Translations under genes and position numbers: made by a program
The notes under the pieces: model-generated
What the model was told of the DNA's origin: nothing
The model's input: the letters and a program-made list of their open reading frames with translations, nothing else
Database searches by the model: none
DNA from: Lingula anatina
Lineage: Eukaryota > Animalia > Brachiopoda
DNA: 64,000 bases
Assembly: GCA_051362555.1 (NCBI GenBank)
Contig: CM120642.1
Span: forward strand, 28,396,001 to 28,460,000
Direction: 5' to 3'
Shown: piece by piece, positions 39,501 to 53,436 of the stretch
Layout of the letters: each line of letters starts with the position of its first letter
Position numbering within the stretch: the stretch's first letter is position 1

Positions 39501-42500
39501 GAGATTATGTTGATAGAAGCCATTACCTCATAACTATTTGCACTGACAAGTTCATCTGCTAACTGAAACACACTTGCAGAGCTTGGTCCATTTGTGTGGG
39601 AAAATTTTTTCTTGCATTATGGTATTTTGCTTCATTGCTTTGAAATATTGCATGAGAAGATTGGTGCATGGATAAATGAAGCTCAATCTTTGTATGTTGA
39701 TTTTATTCCTAGTGATTGAGACCTTGAGGAATGACCCTAAACTCTTTTCTTGTCTGCTTTTTTTCGCAAAAGATGATATCATTTATTATATTTCTCACCT
39801 GTCAGATATGAAGAGGAAGATGAAGAAGACCACCACTCAGACCCTTCCTCTGGTACTGAGTCAGACTCCCCAACTCCCTCTCACTCATACCCTGGGATTC
39901 ACAGCCCCGATGAGAAAGTGCTGTACCAGCTGTACCCTGGCAGGTACAGTGGTGTGTATGATGACCTCAGGGTGCTGGAGAGGACAGCTGATATCTTCCT
40001 GAAGTGTCTCGGGGTGCGCAGCTCACTGAGGATGGGACCTACAGGGTTTAGAATGTTTACTAGGTGGGTTTATTTGATAGAATGTAAATGTAAATAAATG
40101 GTAGCAGTGAAATAAAGTGTTGCAAAAACCATGATTTTTTTTTTTTTTTTAGAAAACACCTCTAAAGATAAAAATAGACCCTAGATTAAAACTAGAATAA
40201 CTAGATTAAATTTTAGTAGTTATCACAGCACTGTATTTCAAACATAACAATGATTTTTATGTTTTACCCCCTTCTTTTACAACAGGAAATGCCGCCTGAC
40301 TACCAATGGTTTGAGTAACGCTGCTGTTGATATAATGTTTATAGAGCTGCATAGAAAGTGGGAATTCCTGAACCCAGATAGAACTACAGGTACGTAACAC
40401 AGTGACTCTGTGAGGTGCCACTGTCAGATATATATAATGTATTCATTGAACTTACGGTGTAGTTTCAGGAAATATGGACATTACTTAACCTGGATAGGGT
40501 ATTGTTTTATACTACCAGTAGAGAGATAAAAAATTAATGGAAAAAGGATTTTGAAGATTTTAACATAATTATGACACCTGTAGATGCAAGTATTTCATTT
40601 AAAGACATTCTGATATTTTTCCCAGAAAAAGTAAAAATTTTCTTGCCTTTCAAATAGGGTGAGAGAAGGACTCCATTTAAACTGAAATCTTATCAGAAAC
40701 TTTCAGCTTTCAAACAGAGGCAACACACAAGTCTTCAGAGCATTTATCCCTGATCTGAAAGATACATATGTATTGCTCTTTGTATTAACTACATTAATGC
40801 TTACCTTTATTTTCTGCCAATACAGAAAAGTCTGACAAAAGAGTGTTTTTTCCTTTACAGAAGCAAAGAAGCTAGCTCAGTTGGACTTTCGCCCAAGAGA
40901 GTGTATGCCATTATAAATTGTTTATTAATGATTTATTTGTTAGACATATTGTATCAGTTGGACGCAGGATTCAATTACCGTGCAAGGACTTGATCATTCT
41001 TTGAATAAGTCATAGGTCAAAACATCCCACTAAAGCCAGTGCGATTATTTAGTGTTACCACAAATCCATTGTTATCCAGTGTAAAACCCTTGCATATTAT
41101 TGGTCCACCTGATACAATATACCCAGTACTCCAACACTTTGAACAACCTTCCTTGAGAAAGCAAGTGACCAAAAGTGGTATATATTTAAATTTTGATGAA
41201 CTTGTAGTCTTGTTTTTGTTGTCAAGGAAACTTGTTAAAAGTTATGAATTATTAAGCATAGAATACACTATATTTTATTTGCTTGCAGTCCCTTATCCAG
41301 CACAATATGCACTACTACTTAATATAATTATTTAATTATAGTTAAAATGTAATTAAGCAGACAGATCTGTTTTGTTTATATCTAAGTGCATGTGTAGGAT
41401 AATTATGCAATTTATTATATACTCATTAACTTGTTTTTAAACTGAAAATGAACATTTGGGATACATGTAATTAATATAAAAAGGGATTGGCCTATACAGG
41501 CATGATTTGACTGGACTTTTTAGAAATTTTAATTATATGAAATTTTACATAAATGAATATTAATTATTTGAAGAAAAAAACATGTTTAAGAACAAGTTCT
41601 TATTATTGTTTACTCTGAATTATATATTCTATTAGCTTCAGTATTTCCCATAGAAATGCACCCTCTTTGTTTGCTTTTGATTCCATAAATTCTTCAGCAA
41701 ACAAACAATACAAACAAAGATTACTTTTATCATTTTTGCATAACTTTGTGATATTTTGTCCTTTATGTTAGCATAAAAAGAAAACACACAAGTTATTGGT
41801 GAATTCTGTAATCATTTTCCATTCCTGATACATGTATTTCTGCACATCAAATTAATTTAAATTAACAAAGACAATGTACTTATATTATGTTACCAGCAAA
41901 AATGCTTGTTTTCTTTTTTATTTGCATAAAAGCTAGTTATTAGAATCCATTTTTGCAGGTAGTATTTTTAAAATTATTTGAATTTGATTTGATTGCACAC
42001 TTTCCTTTGCACGTAATCTTAGATGAGATATTTGAGCAACTTAAGAAGCACTCTTCGCAGACAGGTAGAGTTGGACGGGGCAGTGTTCTCCTGAGTTTTG
42101 GCAGTAACTCTGTGTCTGGTTTAGGCCTATGAATTCTGATTAATGTTGATATCAGATATCATTATACTGTTATATGATGTTTGTCTCAAACACTTACTCA
42201 TACAGTTATAAGAATTGTTACCAAGTTTCTCTGGAACAAGAAGTGAATGAATGGAAAGATGAGTTAACTTACAAAAGATTTTTTTAAGAGTATAGAAGCA
42301 AGTAAATTGGATTTATGTGTTAAGCTAACTGAGTTTACAAGATTCAATGTAAAAAAAGAGCAAGAGAATGCTGTGCTATGATAGCACCTTATACAGAGAA
42401 CACTGCCCTTGGTTTGTTCTTTTAGTTAAGGGAGATCAATGCATTTTATAGTTTTAGTTTTCCCATTTGTGATGAGTTACTGGGAAGAGGATTTTATGAT

Positions 42501-44136
42501 GATGCTCCTGTATGCATTTGACATATTTAAAAAAAAACCTGCATGCTTCTTCTTAACAATTTTCCTCTTTTTAGACTTTTCCATTTGTTTGACAGAGTGA
42601 TGAATTTTCTGTGGTATCTTATGCATATTTTTTCATTTTCTTCTTTTTGTATAAGCAGTTGTTGGAAGTATTTTATCTTCATTTCTATATTTAAATACAT
42701 TAAGTGCCTCATTGGACATGATATGTAAAAAAAAAGGCTGATATTTGAAAGCTGTGTTATTTCTGTGTTCACTGTTCACTGTATCACTTTGCTCTAGTAA
42801 TTCTGTTCAATTACATCTACAATTATTGGTTTGTTTAGGCCTGTGCTTTCAAGGCTTCCTAGAGGCAGTGTTCACTATTGCCAAACGCAAGTTCCGAGGG
42901 CTGAGCAGACTGGATGGTGTTGCAGCACTCATAGACTACTGTGAGGCCAATTTAAGTGAGTACCACAAGGTGCATTGTTGAATTGAACATATTAATACTT
43001 AAACATTGACATTTTATGTCTTGTATTTTTGGTACATCTTAATGAAAATGACCAGTCTTGGTTTATTATTTGTTAATCTGTTTGGAGTCACTAGTATACT
43101 GTCATTAAGTTGGGGAACGGCCCTATTGGAAAATGGGAATGGGGGGGGGGGGGTGAGTGCCTATTAAATTGTGACTTTAATCATGTTTATTATATATTTG
43201 TACTGTGTTAACTGAATTAAAAATTGAACTATTGCATGTTTGCATGCTTTCACTTGGACCATCAGAGAGGTCATCTAGAGTGGGTAAGACCATCATTGAT
43301 CACTTTTATTTTCATGCTGTGGCTGGCCGTTTGTGTCACAATTTTTGGATGACTTTGAAGATTCCTGTCACTTTTGTTTTTCAGCTATATTTCTAGCACA
43401 TGTGCATTTTGCTTAAAAGTCATATGAAATCGGGTTCTTCCAAGATCAGCCTGAAGACTTGAAAATGATTTATTATTTTTTAGTCAAACAAGTCTTTAAG
43501 TGTATCAGTTCTAGAGTTGAGGTTATTTCCAGTGCAATCTAAGTTTCATCATTTTATTTTATTTTTTTATTTATTTATTTATTTATTTATTTATTTTGAA
43601 ATAATGAATAAGACAGACCCTTTTTATCTTGCATTTTGGCACATTACCATTCTCATTTTATTTCATAATTGTTTGTAAGCTTCACTCCACAAGGAGCGCA
43701 TTTCATCACAATTGCTTTTCACGTGGCTGTTTTGCCCTATTTGTGCTTCCACTTTGAAATTCTCTAAATTTTGTGAAAATGGATACTGTGGGTAATTGGT
43801 TGGTTATATTAATGATAAAAATGAACCCATTGATTCTTATATTCATAATTTTTTATCTTTGCTGTGATTAATTTTTTAGAGAAGAAAAATGTTCATGCCA
43901 TGTTAGTTTCTCATCTTGTACTTGCTATTTTTCTTTCAGACTTTGGGAGACACGCTCGCCCGACCTATCTCCCTAAGGTGATGATGGCGGAAGCGGAGGA
44001 CAGGCTGCAGCAGATGTCAATCTCGAAGCCGTCTAAGTACACGCGGCTGACCCAATCAGATCACTTCATTGAATTCATCCGGCAACGGAACAAGAAAAAA
44101 GCAGAACAGGAGGACAACTTGAAGAGTGATGGCTAA
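36503..44136 (+). CDS. TTLL11: Tubulin polyglutamylase TTLL11. Exons 36503-36763, 37221-37320, 37493-38190, 38735-38949, 39237-39362, 39806-40063, 40286-40389, 42839-42955, 43940-44136
   Basis: TTL motifs VNKFPGM, FYPRTWLLP, YIVKPDGGSQGDGIYLI, VVQEYI, KFDLRIYV, EGMARFCT, HLTNYSLNK, CFQILGLDILL and LLEVNSSPS. The TTLL11-type C-terminus is present: 'FLKCLGVRSSLRMGPTGFRMF..KCRL..AAVDIMF..GLCFQGFLEAVF.IAKRKF..LIDYCE'. Confidence 0.93.
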
Positions 44137-46629
44137 TATATTCAGATGGACTTAAAATTGCTCAAATCAAACTTGTCCAATAATATTAAATCAAACTTTA
44201 GGATATTTTACTACAGATGTGAAATAAGGTCAACAATAATTGGTATAGCAATTGTATACATTGAGTACTAAGGTGTTTTGAAGGCATGGTTTTGATTTCC
44301 ATGAGAAAAAGGTTTTATCCGAAGTGAGAGTTTAAACTTTTAATTACTTTTCAAAAAAAAGGGTGAAGGTGCAATTGGTTATAAGTATTTGCAAAAAGTT
44401 TTATACATCAGCTTGTATTTAGAAAGCTAAAAAGCAGGCAGCACTGAAATGGTCATATAGCATATTTTATATACTACAGAGGAAGGTTACAGTATGCAAT
44501 ATTGCCAAGAACAGAATTAGATAAAGTGCTGATTGTTAACTAGAAAGCTGTGTTGGTGTAGTGTAGTAATATCTTAAAGTTAGATTAAGATTAACAGTAA
44601 GGACAAAGGACAGTTGTCACTTGTTAGTTAAGTGAAACCCTTATTGAAAAAAAACATTTGAAAATAACATTTTTATAATAGCACTGAAATAATGTTTATT
44701 TTTTAGTCATTCTAACTGAATTTAGAAATTTTATCTTGGATTTGAAAATTATTATTAGAATTATTATTAGAATTATTATTATTTTTACGCAACCTGATAT
44801 GTACTCAATATGTGCTGTATATTAATATGTGGTCTGGTCAGAATACTATGTGATACCCTTTAGAGGTGAGAGAGCATTTTTCTCTCACCTTTGGGTCATT
44901 TTTAGATATATTATGACATGCATACACCATGACATAATAGGCCTATCCCACCTCACCATTAAGAAAACTCAATATACGAATATATATATTTTTAGATCAG
45001 ACCAAAATATTATTTATATATTTTGGTTGCATTCTGCCTTCAAGTATGTGTAAAAGCTGGCAGGGATAGTGTTGTAATTGTTAACATTTTGATACAATAC
45101 AGCAACTCAGTAACAGCAGAAACTGGCCTTCCTTTAAAACAAGAGCTGCAAGCATATATAAATAGATAGTGGAGCTTTATCTCAACTTCCTGGAAGCTAC
45201 TGTTTTTCTTCCATGACGTATTTATGTACCATAAAGTGCTAAGGCCCACCGTCCTACATTATGGCCAAGTGAGGTATCTGCCTGGTTGCATTTGCTTTTT
45301 ATTTAAAAGAAAAACAAGTTATATCAATGTGCACTTTAGATGTAACAACGCACATTTTAGCGGTACTACCACTTTATTGTGGTCAATGGAAATAATTAAA
45401 TATTTAATGTACTATTTTTCATATAATTTGTACGTGCTCGTTTTGGTGCAGCATTGCATAATTGTAGTTGTTATCCGGTTGTACCTTATTTCCGTCCAGA
45501 CTGCAGTTATCAGCAGTGGGTTGCTTCATGTGGTGTAAAAATTGACACCTGTATGAGTTGTATTATAATAGTGAGTTATCAAAATATTTTCTGTTGTAAA
45601 TGAGGGGTTGAAATCCTATAGTGATTGCTTGATTTATTAAGTTTATGATTTGTTCTATAATACTCATGTTTGTTGCCAAATGAGAATAATGTTTATCAAG
45701 CCGCAAAAAGGCAAGGTAAGTCCTTGAAAGTTAAGAGTATATTTGCTGAGGCGTCAAGTTCTCAAATGCAAAGCAGGTGATTTTCCCCATTCTAAGCTTA
45801 CTGGTGAATTATTAGGCTAAGCACTATACGACTTAGAAGTGTCATGTTAAAAGTAATGCAAGTTCGTTTGTTCTTTAACAGAACACTGGAATTTCTTGAT
45901 AGTGTTACCATGCTCAATTTCTCCTGATGTCAATGAATAATAATTTAACTTGTTTTTATTCTGTTTTAAGTGCATGACAGAGTTTTAAGTTGAAACTTGA
46001 CATGCAGGAAAAGGTGACTTAATGCAATAATCTCTGGGAGTATTTCCCTGCAAATTCACCATCAATGCCTTTATTCTTGTCAGGATTTCAAAATTATTTT
46101 TCATTCTTGACAGCTCTACCTACATGATATTGCTCAAGTGAAAACTTCACAACTCCTGCAACTGTGACCAAAGAATGACGGAGTCCTAATTTTTTTACTA
46201 GAAAAATTATTTTAAGAACAAGAACCTCCATCCTGCGTGTGAAAGCTTTAATTTTGTATCCAGCATAATTAACTGGTGTTAGAGTGATATGTCTTTGCAT
46301 GTTCTACAAAAATACATAATATGGTCAAAAATAACATGATAATAAAAACAAGGCAGCAAAGCTGTCAAATGTACAGACAAAAAACAGGAAATAACTATGC
46401 ACAAAATAGGCTACTGTCAATTCTGATGCAAAAGTACATTATGTTAAACTGCAAATTCAACATCAAATTTTAATTATGCTCAACAGGTAATACCAATGTA
46501 AGTAAAATGTGTAACAAGTTCACACTTTGTATATGTATAACTTCCAGAAAAAGAAGCCAATTAGACTGCTTTTCCAACTCAGGCTGCATTTAAGTCCTGT
46601 ATTTCTTTTATTGAAAGTAAGGCAATCAT

Positions 46630-49600
46630 AAGTAACATGATTTTCCCATAATGGTCCTCATGGCAGCAGTGCCCAAAATACTTTTTTTTCAAATTTTGAT
46701 GCAATATTACATAATGTTTAACAGCATAATGACCATCAATTTTAATAATAAAATATTAGTATTATGGATATTCAGAAAATGTGACTAGCAAAGGTCTTCA
46801 GGCCCATGGAACTTCAAGTCACAACTTGAAAATGCCAAAATGTAAACAAGACAGCACTGTTCTGAAATGTTTTTTTTTTATTTTTTATAATTTTTAACAT
46901 AACACAAAATTAACAGTTTACTGCCGTTTTTATATGATCAACTAAGAAAATTGATGAGATGGGGAAAATATCAATAGAGCAGTGTTAAATGTCCAATTTC
47001 TTCCATTCTGAGATTCTGAACATAGTGAATGATTGAATCTGACAAACTGCAATGATATGAGTTTATTTCCATTTTTGAAACTTTATTACACAATACATGA
47101 TAACAAGTTTACTATCATTTTTACATAATCAACTAATAATGTTGTAAAGATGCAGGAAATGCCAAACAAACACTTTTACGTATCTTATTAATTAAATAAT
47201 GAAACTGTTAACATGCCTAAGAATTGAATCTGAGGAAATGTGAAAAAACGGCATTTTTTTAAAATAATGGCCCGATTATGCTGTTTTTTTTAACTCAACC
47301 TGCGTTTTAGCAGGAATGACCACTCCTGTGAGTTTAATGACAATTGGCCTGTTTTTCTTATATTGTGTTTACAGTGTTGCATATATGCCGAAAAATGAAA
47401 AAACAGCATAACTACTAAAATAGTGGCCCGATCATGCTGATTTTCGAACTTGATCTGCATTTTATGAATATTCATCAGCTCTGTAAATATACAGTCAAAA
47501 AGTAAAATTGCCTTCCACTTATCGTGTTTACAATGAAAGTGCACGGCACCAGCGACAGTGACGACGGCGACGACAGACGCAGGTGATGGCAATATGTACA
47601 GACACATCTGTACATATTTACTGTACTGTTTGAGAACAGTAAGTGACATGGTTTTTCTTAAATGCTCATCATGGGAGCAGTGCCCAAAATAGATTTTTTT
47701 CAAATTTTGATGCAATATTACATAATGTTTAACAGCATAATGACCATCAATTTCTAATAATAAAATATTAGTATCATGGATATTCAGAAAATGTGACTAG
47801 CAAAGGTCTTCAGGCCCATGGAACTTCAAAGTCACAACTTGAAAATGCCAAAATGTAAACAAGACAGCACTGTTCTGAAATGTTTTTTTTTTTCCATTTT
47901 TAACAATTTTTTAAACATAAAACAAAATTAACAGGTTACTGCCATTTTTATACGATCAACTAAGAAAATTGATGAGATGGGAAAAATATCAATACAACAG
48001 TGTTAAATGTCCAATTTCCTCCATTCTGAGATTCTGAACATAGTGAATGATTAAATCTGACAAACTGCAATGATATGAGTTTGTTTCCATTTTTGAAACT
48101 TTATTACACAATACAAGATAACAAGTTTACCATCATTTTTACATAATCAACTAATAATGTTGTAAAGATGCAGGAAATGTCAACCAAACACTTTTACATG
48201 TCTTATTAGTTAAATAATAAGACTGTTAACATGCTTAAGAATTGAATCTGAGGAAATGTGAAACAAGACAGCACTGTTCTGACATGGGTTTATTTCCATT
48301 TTTAACACTTTTTTTAACATAAAACAAAATTAACAGTTTACTGCCATTTTTATAGCATCAACTAAGATAATTGATGAGATGGGAAAATATCAATAGAATA
48401 GTGTTAAATGTCCAATTTCCTCCATTCTGAGATTCTGAACATGGTGAATGATTGAATCTGACAAACTGCAATGATATGAGTTTATTTCCATTTTTGACAC
48501 TTTATTACACAATACATGATAACAAGTTTACCATCATTTTTACATAATCTACTAACAATGTTGTAAAGATGCAGGAAATGTCAAACAAACACTTTAATGT
48601 ATCTTATTAGTAAAATAATAAGACTGTTAACATGCCTAAGAATTGAATCTGAGGAAATGTGAAAAAACAGCATAACTTCTAAAATAATGGCCCGATTATG
48701 CTGATTTTCGAACTCAACCTGCGTTTTAGTAAGATTGACCACTCCTGTGAGTTTAATGACAATTGGCCCATCTGTTTTTCTTAAATTGTGTTTACAGTGT
48801 TGCACATATGCTGAAAAAAGGAAAAAACAGCATAACTACTAAAATAGTGGCCCGATCATGCCCATTTTCGGACTTGACCTGCATTTTAAAAAGATTGATT
48901 ACTTCTCTGAGTTTCATGACAACAGGCCTAACGGTTTTCCTTAAAATGTGTTTACAGGGTTGCATATATGCTGAAAAGTGAAAAAACAGCATAACTTCTA
49001 CAATAATGGCCCGATCATGCTGATTTTCGAACTTGACCTGCGTTTTATGAATATTCATCAGCTCTGTAAATATAAAACCAAAAAATAAAACTGTGTTCCA
49101 CTTATCGTGTTTACAGTGAAAGTGCACGGCGACGGCATCGCCATCGGCATCGGCATCGGCATCGGCGACGACGGCGACGACAGACGCAGGTGATGGCAAT
49201 ATGTACAGACACATCTGTGTCTGTACATAAAAAAAAGCATAACTACTAAAATAGTGGACCGATCCTGCCGATTTTCGAACTTGACCTGCGTTATAGTAAG
49301 ATAGATTACTCCTGTAAGTTTCATGACAAAAAGCCTATCAGTTTTCCTTGAAATGTGTTTACAGTGTTGCATATATGCTGAAAAGTAAAAAAACAGCATA
49401 ACTTCTACAATAATGGCCCGATTATGCTGATTTTCGAACTTGACCTGCATTTTATGAATATTCAGCAGCTCTGTAAATATACAGCCAAAAAGTAAAACTT
49501 TCTTCCACTTATCGTGTTTACAATGAAAGTGCACGGCGCCGGCGACAGCGACAGTGATGGCAACAACGGCGACGACAGACGCAGGTGATGGCAATATGTA

Positions 49601-51070
49601 CAGACACATCTGTACATATTAACTGTACTGTTTGAGAACAGTAAGTGACATGGTTTTTCTTAAATGGTCATCATGGGAGCAGTGCCCAAAATAGGTTTTT
49701 TTCAAATTTTGATGCAATATTACATAATGTTTGACAGCATAATGACCATCAATTTTAATAATAAAATATTAGTATTATGGATATTCAGAAAATGTGACTA
49801 GCAAAGGTCTTCAGGCCCATGGAACTTCAAAGTCACACCTTAAAAATGCCAAAATGTAAACAAGACTGCACTGTTCTGAAATGGGTTTATTTCCTGTTTT
49901 AACACTTTTTTAACATAAAACAAAATTAATAGGATACTGCCATTTTTTATATGATCAACTAAGAAAATTGATGAGATGTGAAAAATATCAATAGAACAGT
50001 GTTAAATGTCCAATTTCTTCCATTCTGAGATTCTGAACATAGTGAATGATTGAATCTGACAAACTGCAATGATATGAGTTTATTTCCATTTTTGACACTT
50101 TATTACACAATACACGATAACGAGTTTACCATCATTTTTACATAATCAACTAACAAGGTTGTAAAGATGAAGGAAATGTCAAACAAACACTTTTATGTAT
50201 CTTATTAGTTCAATAATGAGAGTGTTAACATGCCTAAGAACTGAATCTGTAGAAATGTGAAACAAGACAGCACTGTTCTGAAATGGGTTTTTTTCCCATT
50301 TTTAACAATTTTTTTACACAAAACAAAATTAACAGTTTACTGCCATTTTTATATGATCAACTAAGAAAATTGATGAGATGGGAAAAATATCAATAGAATA
50401 GTGTAAAATGTCCAATTTCTTCCATTCTGAGATTCTGAACATACTGAATTATTGAATATGACAAACTGCAATGATATGAGTTTATTTCCATTTTTGATTC
50501 TTTATAACACAATACACGATAACAAGTTTACCATCATTTTTACATAATCAACTAACAATGTTGTAAAGATGCAGGAAATGTTAAACAAACACTTTTATGT
50601 ATCTTATTAGTTAAATGATAAGACTGTTAACATGCCTAAGAACTGAATCTGAGGAAATGTGAAAAAACAGCATAACTTCTAAAATAATGGCCCGATTATG
50701 CTGATTTTCGAACTCAACCTGCGTTTTAGTAAGATTGACCACTCCTGTGAGTTTAATGACAATTCGCCTAACGGTTTTCCTTAAAATGTGTTTACAGGGT
50801 TGCATATATGCTGAAAAGTGAAAAAACAGCATAACATCTACTATAATGGCCCGATCATGCTGATTTTCGAACTTGACCTGCGTTTTATGAATATTCATCA
50901 GCTCTGTAAATATAAAAGCAAAAAATAAAACTGTGTTCCACTTATCGTGTTTACAAGGAAAGTGCACGGCATCGGCATCGGCATCGGCATCGGCATCGCC
51001 ATCGGCGACGACGGCGACGACAGACGCAGGTGATGGCAATATGTACAGACACATCTGTGTCTGTACATAA
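46630..51070 (-). mobile_element. Composite tandem array of Helentron-associated (HINE/pearl/DINE-1-like) non-autonomous element copies
   Basis: Large units restart near 46630, 47640 and 49640. ~400-bp modules starting aaacaagac(a/t)gcactgttctga occur at 46844, 47857, 48261, 49858 and 50260, alongside ~160-bp sub-repeats. A terminal 30-bp hairpin tatgtacagacaca-tc-tgtgtctgtacata (49200-49229, 51040-51069) sits next to CGA/CGGCAT microsatellites. The repeat structure is certain; the family assignment is inferred. Confidence 0.7.
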
Positions 51071-51870
51071 CAATATGTTTGAAAAAAACATTGGTCTTTG
51101 GTATTTTATTTAGACAAAAATAAATACCCACCATCTTTATTTCTTCTTATTAACAGATATAACTTTAAATGATCCAGTCAGTATAATATTATTTTATTTA
51201 ATCAAAACTCTGGTGACAATCTAAAAGGATCATCAATTCATACAAAATCTTTGGAAATCATTTATAATAAATGATCTTAAGAATGAATACACACAAGTAA
51301 CAAGTACATAACCAGTGGAATGCAAATAGATTTAAAATATTTAAAGCATTAAAATACTTCTCAGGTTAAAACCCTAGCATTAATAGAACAACTGGCACAT
51401 TCAAATTCAGAGAACATAAAGAAAGCGATTCGACTAATTGCACTTGAAATATGTTACATATGTGCCTCTTGTCCCAATTAACTTAGTTTATATGCCAGGA
51501 AAGCATTGGAGGTTACTTCAACAGAGCTACAGATAAGCTTGATATATAAGTCTGATAGCACTTTCAACTTAATAAACCTAAAAGACCTTTTTGCCAAGTA
51601 GGAATTCTACTGCTTTTAATGGTCTTAGGTTCCTTCTCCAAATACATGTTTTCACATATTTACAGTACAGCAAGTGCTCCTGTGACATCCACTGATGCTC
51701 GTCACATCTTACACAACAACTTTTAATTCTCCAATGTACAGGTACCTGTAGTGTATAATGAGACTGCTTGCAGCATGGTCTCATGGAAATGCTATATTAT
51801 CTATTTTTTTGATTCTGTCAATAATCCATAATCATAAATGTTTTTCATGAGTTTGAGACATTTCATCCAC

Positions 51871-53379
51871 CTAGTGTTCTTGAGATTTTTGCTTTTCAAA
51901 CCAAACTTCATTTGTCCTGTTAAACATTTTAAAAGGGCTGTCGTATCCCGCAGTATAGTAGTAATCCTGGGCTATGGGCTCATCATTTTTCTGTAGACTG
52001 TTAGCTAAAGCTTGGGAGTGGTCTATCCACTTGTCATCATTGGCAAACCCTCCAAAGCTCCTAGAAAGGAAACAAAATACTGTCAGTTTATGGTTTTAAT
52101 TACAGTCTGTCAAAATGCTAATGGAACTGAAATGAGCCAGTAATATTTTTGATCATTTACTGGCCACTATTTCTGCTTGGGGATGGTGGATTCTTATACC
52201 ATGGTGTTGTGAATGGATAGTGAGCTAAAAAGCTTTGGGGACACACTGAAATCAAAACCCTGTTATATTTCTACAAACAATTTAATTTTTTTATATTTTA
52301 TTCCAGAACAATAAGACCCATGGAGTGTTTTCACATTATGTAGAATGTCTCAAAAATATCAGCAGTACCAGAAACAAATTCAAAAGATCAACAGATAAGC
52401 CCAACCTATACCTCACAAACACATGCTTGGCAGGCCATTCCTCTAAGAACACGTCTGGATTGGTTGGTTTTGGGGGATTTCCCTCATGTTTCTTCCCAAT
52501 AAAGAACGATACAGTGAATGTGTTCTCACAGTTTGGCCCTGCCCCAGGGACTATTCTTGTTGCCACAGGAGCTGTCATGTCTATCTTCATATCTGAAATA
52601 TACAGAAACTAGATGAAATGCATTTTACTCTATATTCATAGAACCAATATATATTCATCTTTATTTTCTACAATTTATTTGACACTGACAGGGGGTATTA
52701 ATGAAGAGCTCTTAAATAGACATTAATTTCAACAGGTGAAATATTACTGGCCTATAGCATAATAGCAGCAATGAAAACTGTAAATCATGTCAAGGAATCA
52801 GATTCTTCATCTGTAAAATTAATTGTCACCATATTTATCAATAACTAGGTTTACTTACTACTATATTCTACCGGTAATTAACAATGAAGGTGTTAATGAA
52901 CTGAATAATTTAAACTTAACATAAATGGTTATTTATGAATACAACAAGATTTCATACATATAATAGTAATAACAGTTTCTCTGAAGTATAAAAACACACC
53001 AACCCTTTAATACTCTTGCTACCTGATACTATAATTATAAACATACGAGTTTATATAAAATCTGATGAAAATTACCCTTTTCATTCTTCCCTTGAATATA
53101 GTTGAAAAGTTTCCAGAACCCCTGCCTCACAGAATAGCTATGGTCCATGCCTTTCTCTGTGGTGCTAACCCACATAGTGGCTGGATAGGCTCGCTCCTCA
53201 TAGTCCTGCAGAATAATAATAATAATAATAGAATCATTTTAATTACAGGCCTAAAACTGTAATTAATATAACCCAGCAAAAGGAGAAATGAACCCTAAAT
53301 ATTTAGGAATTCTACATGCCACTTTTTGAATAGCTGTTTGAAGTCATATATTTAATGAGTTGAGCTCAGCAGGAAGTGT

Positions 53380-53436
<57 letters not shown>

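Noticed and set aside
46630-51070. Possible CRISPR-like array
   Set aside because: Whole units are repeated with no unique spacers, there are no cas genes, and the context is eukaryotic.
47290-51134. Repeated 74-183 aa minus-strand ORFs (MCLYILPSPASVVAVV...)
   Set aside because: They are by-products of the tandem array. Frames break differently in each copy and no domain motifs are present.
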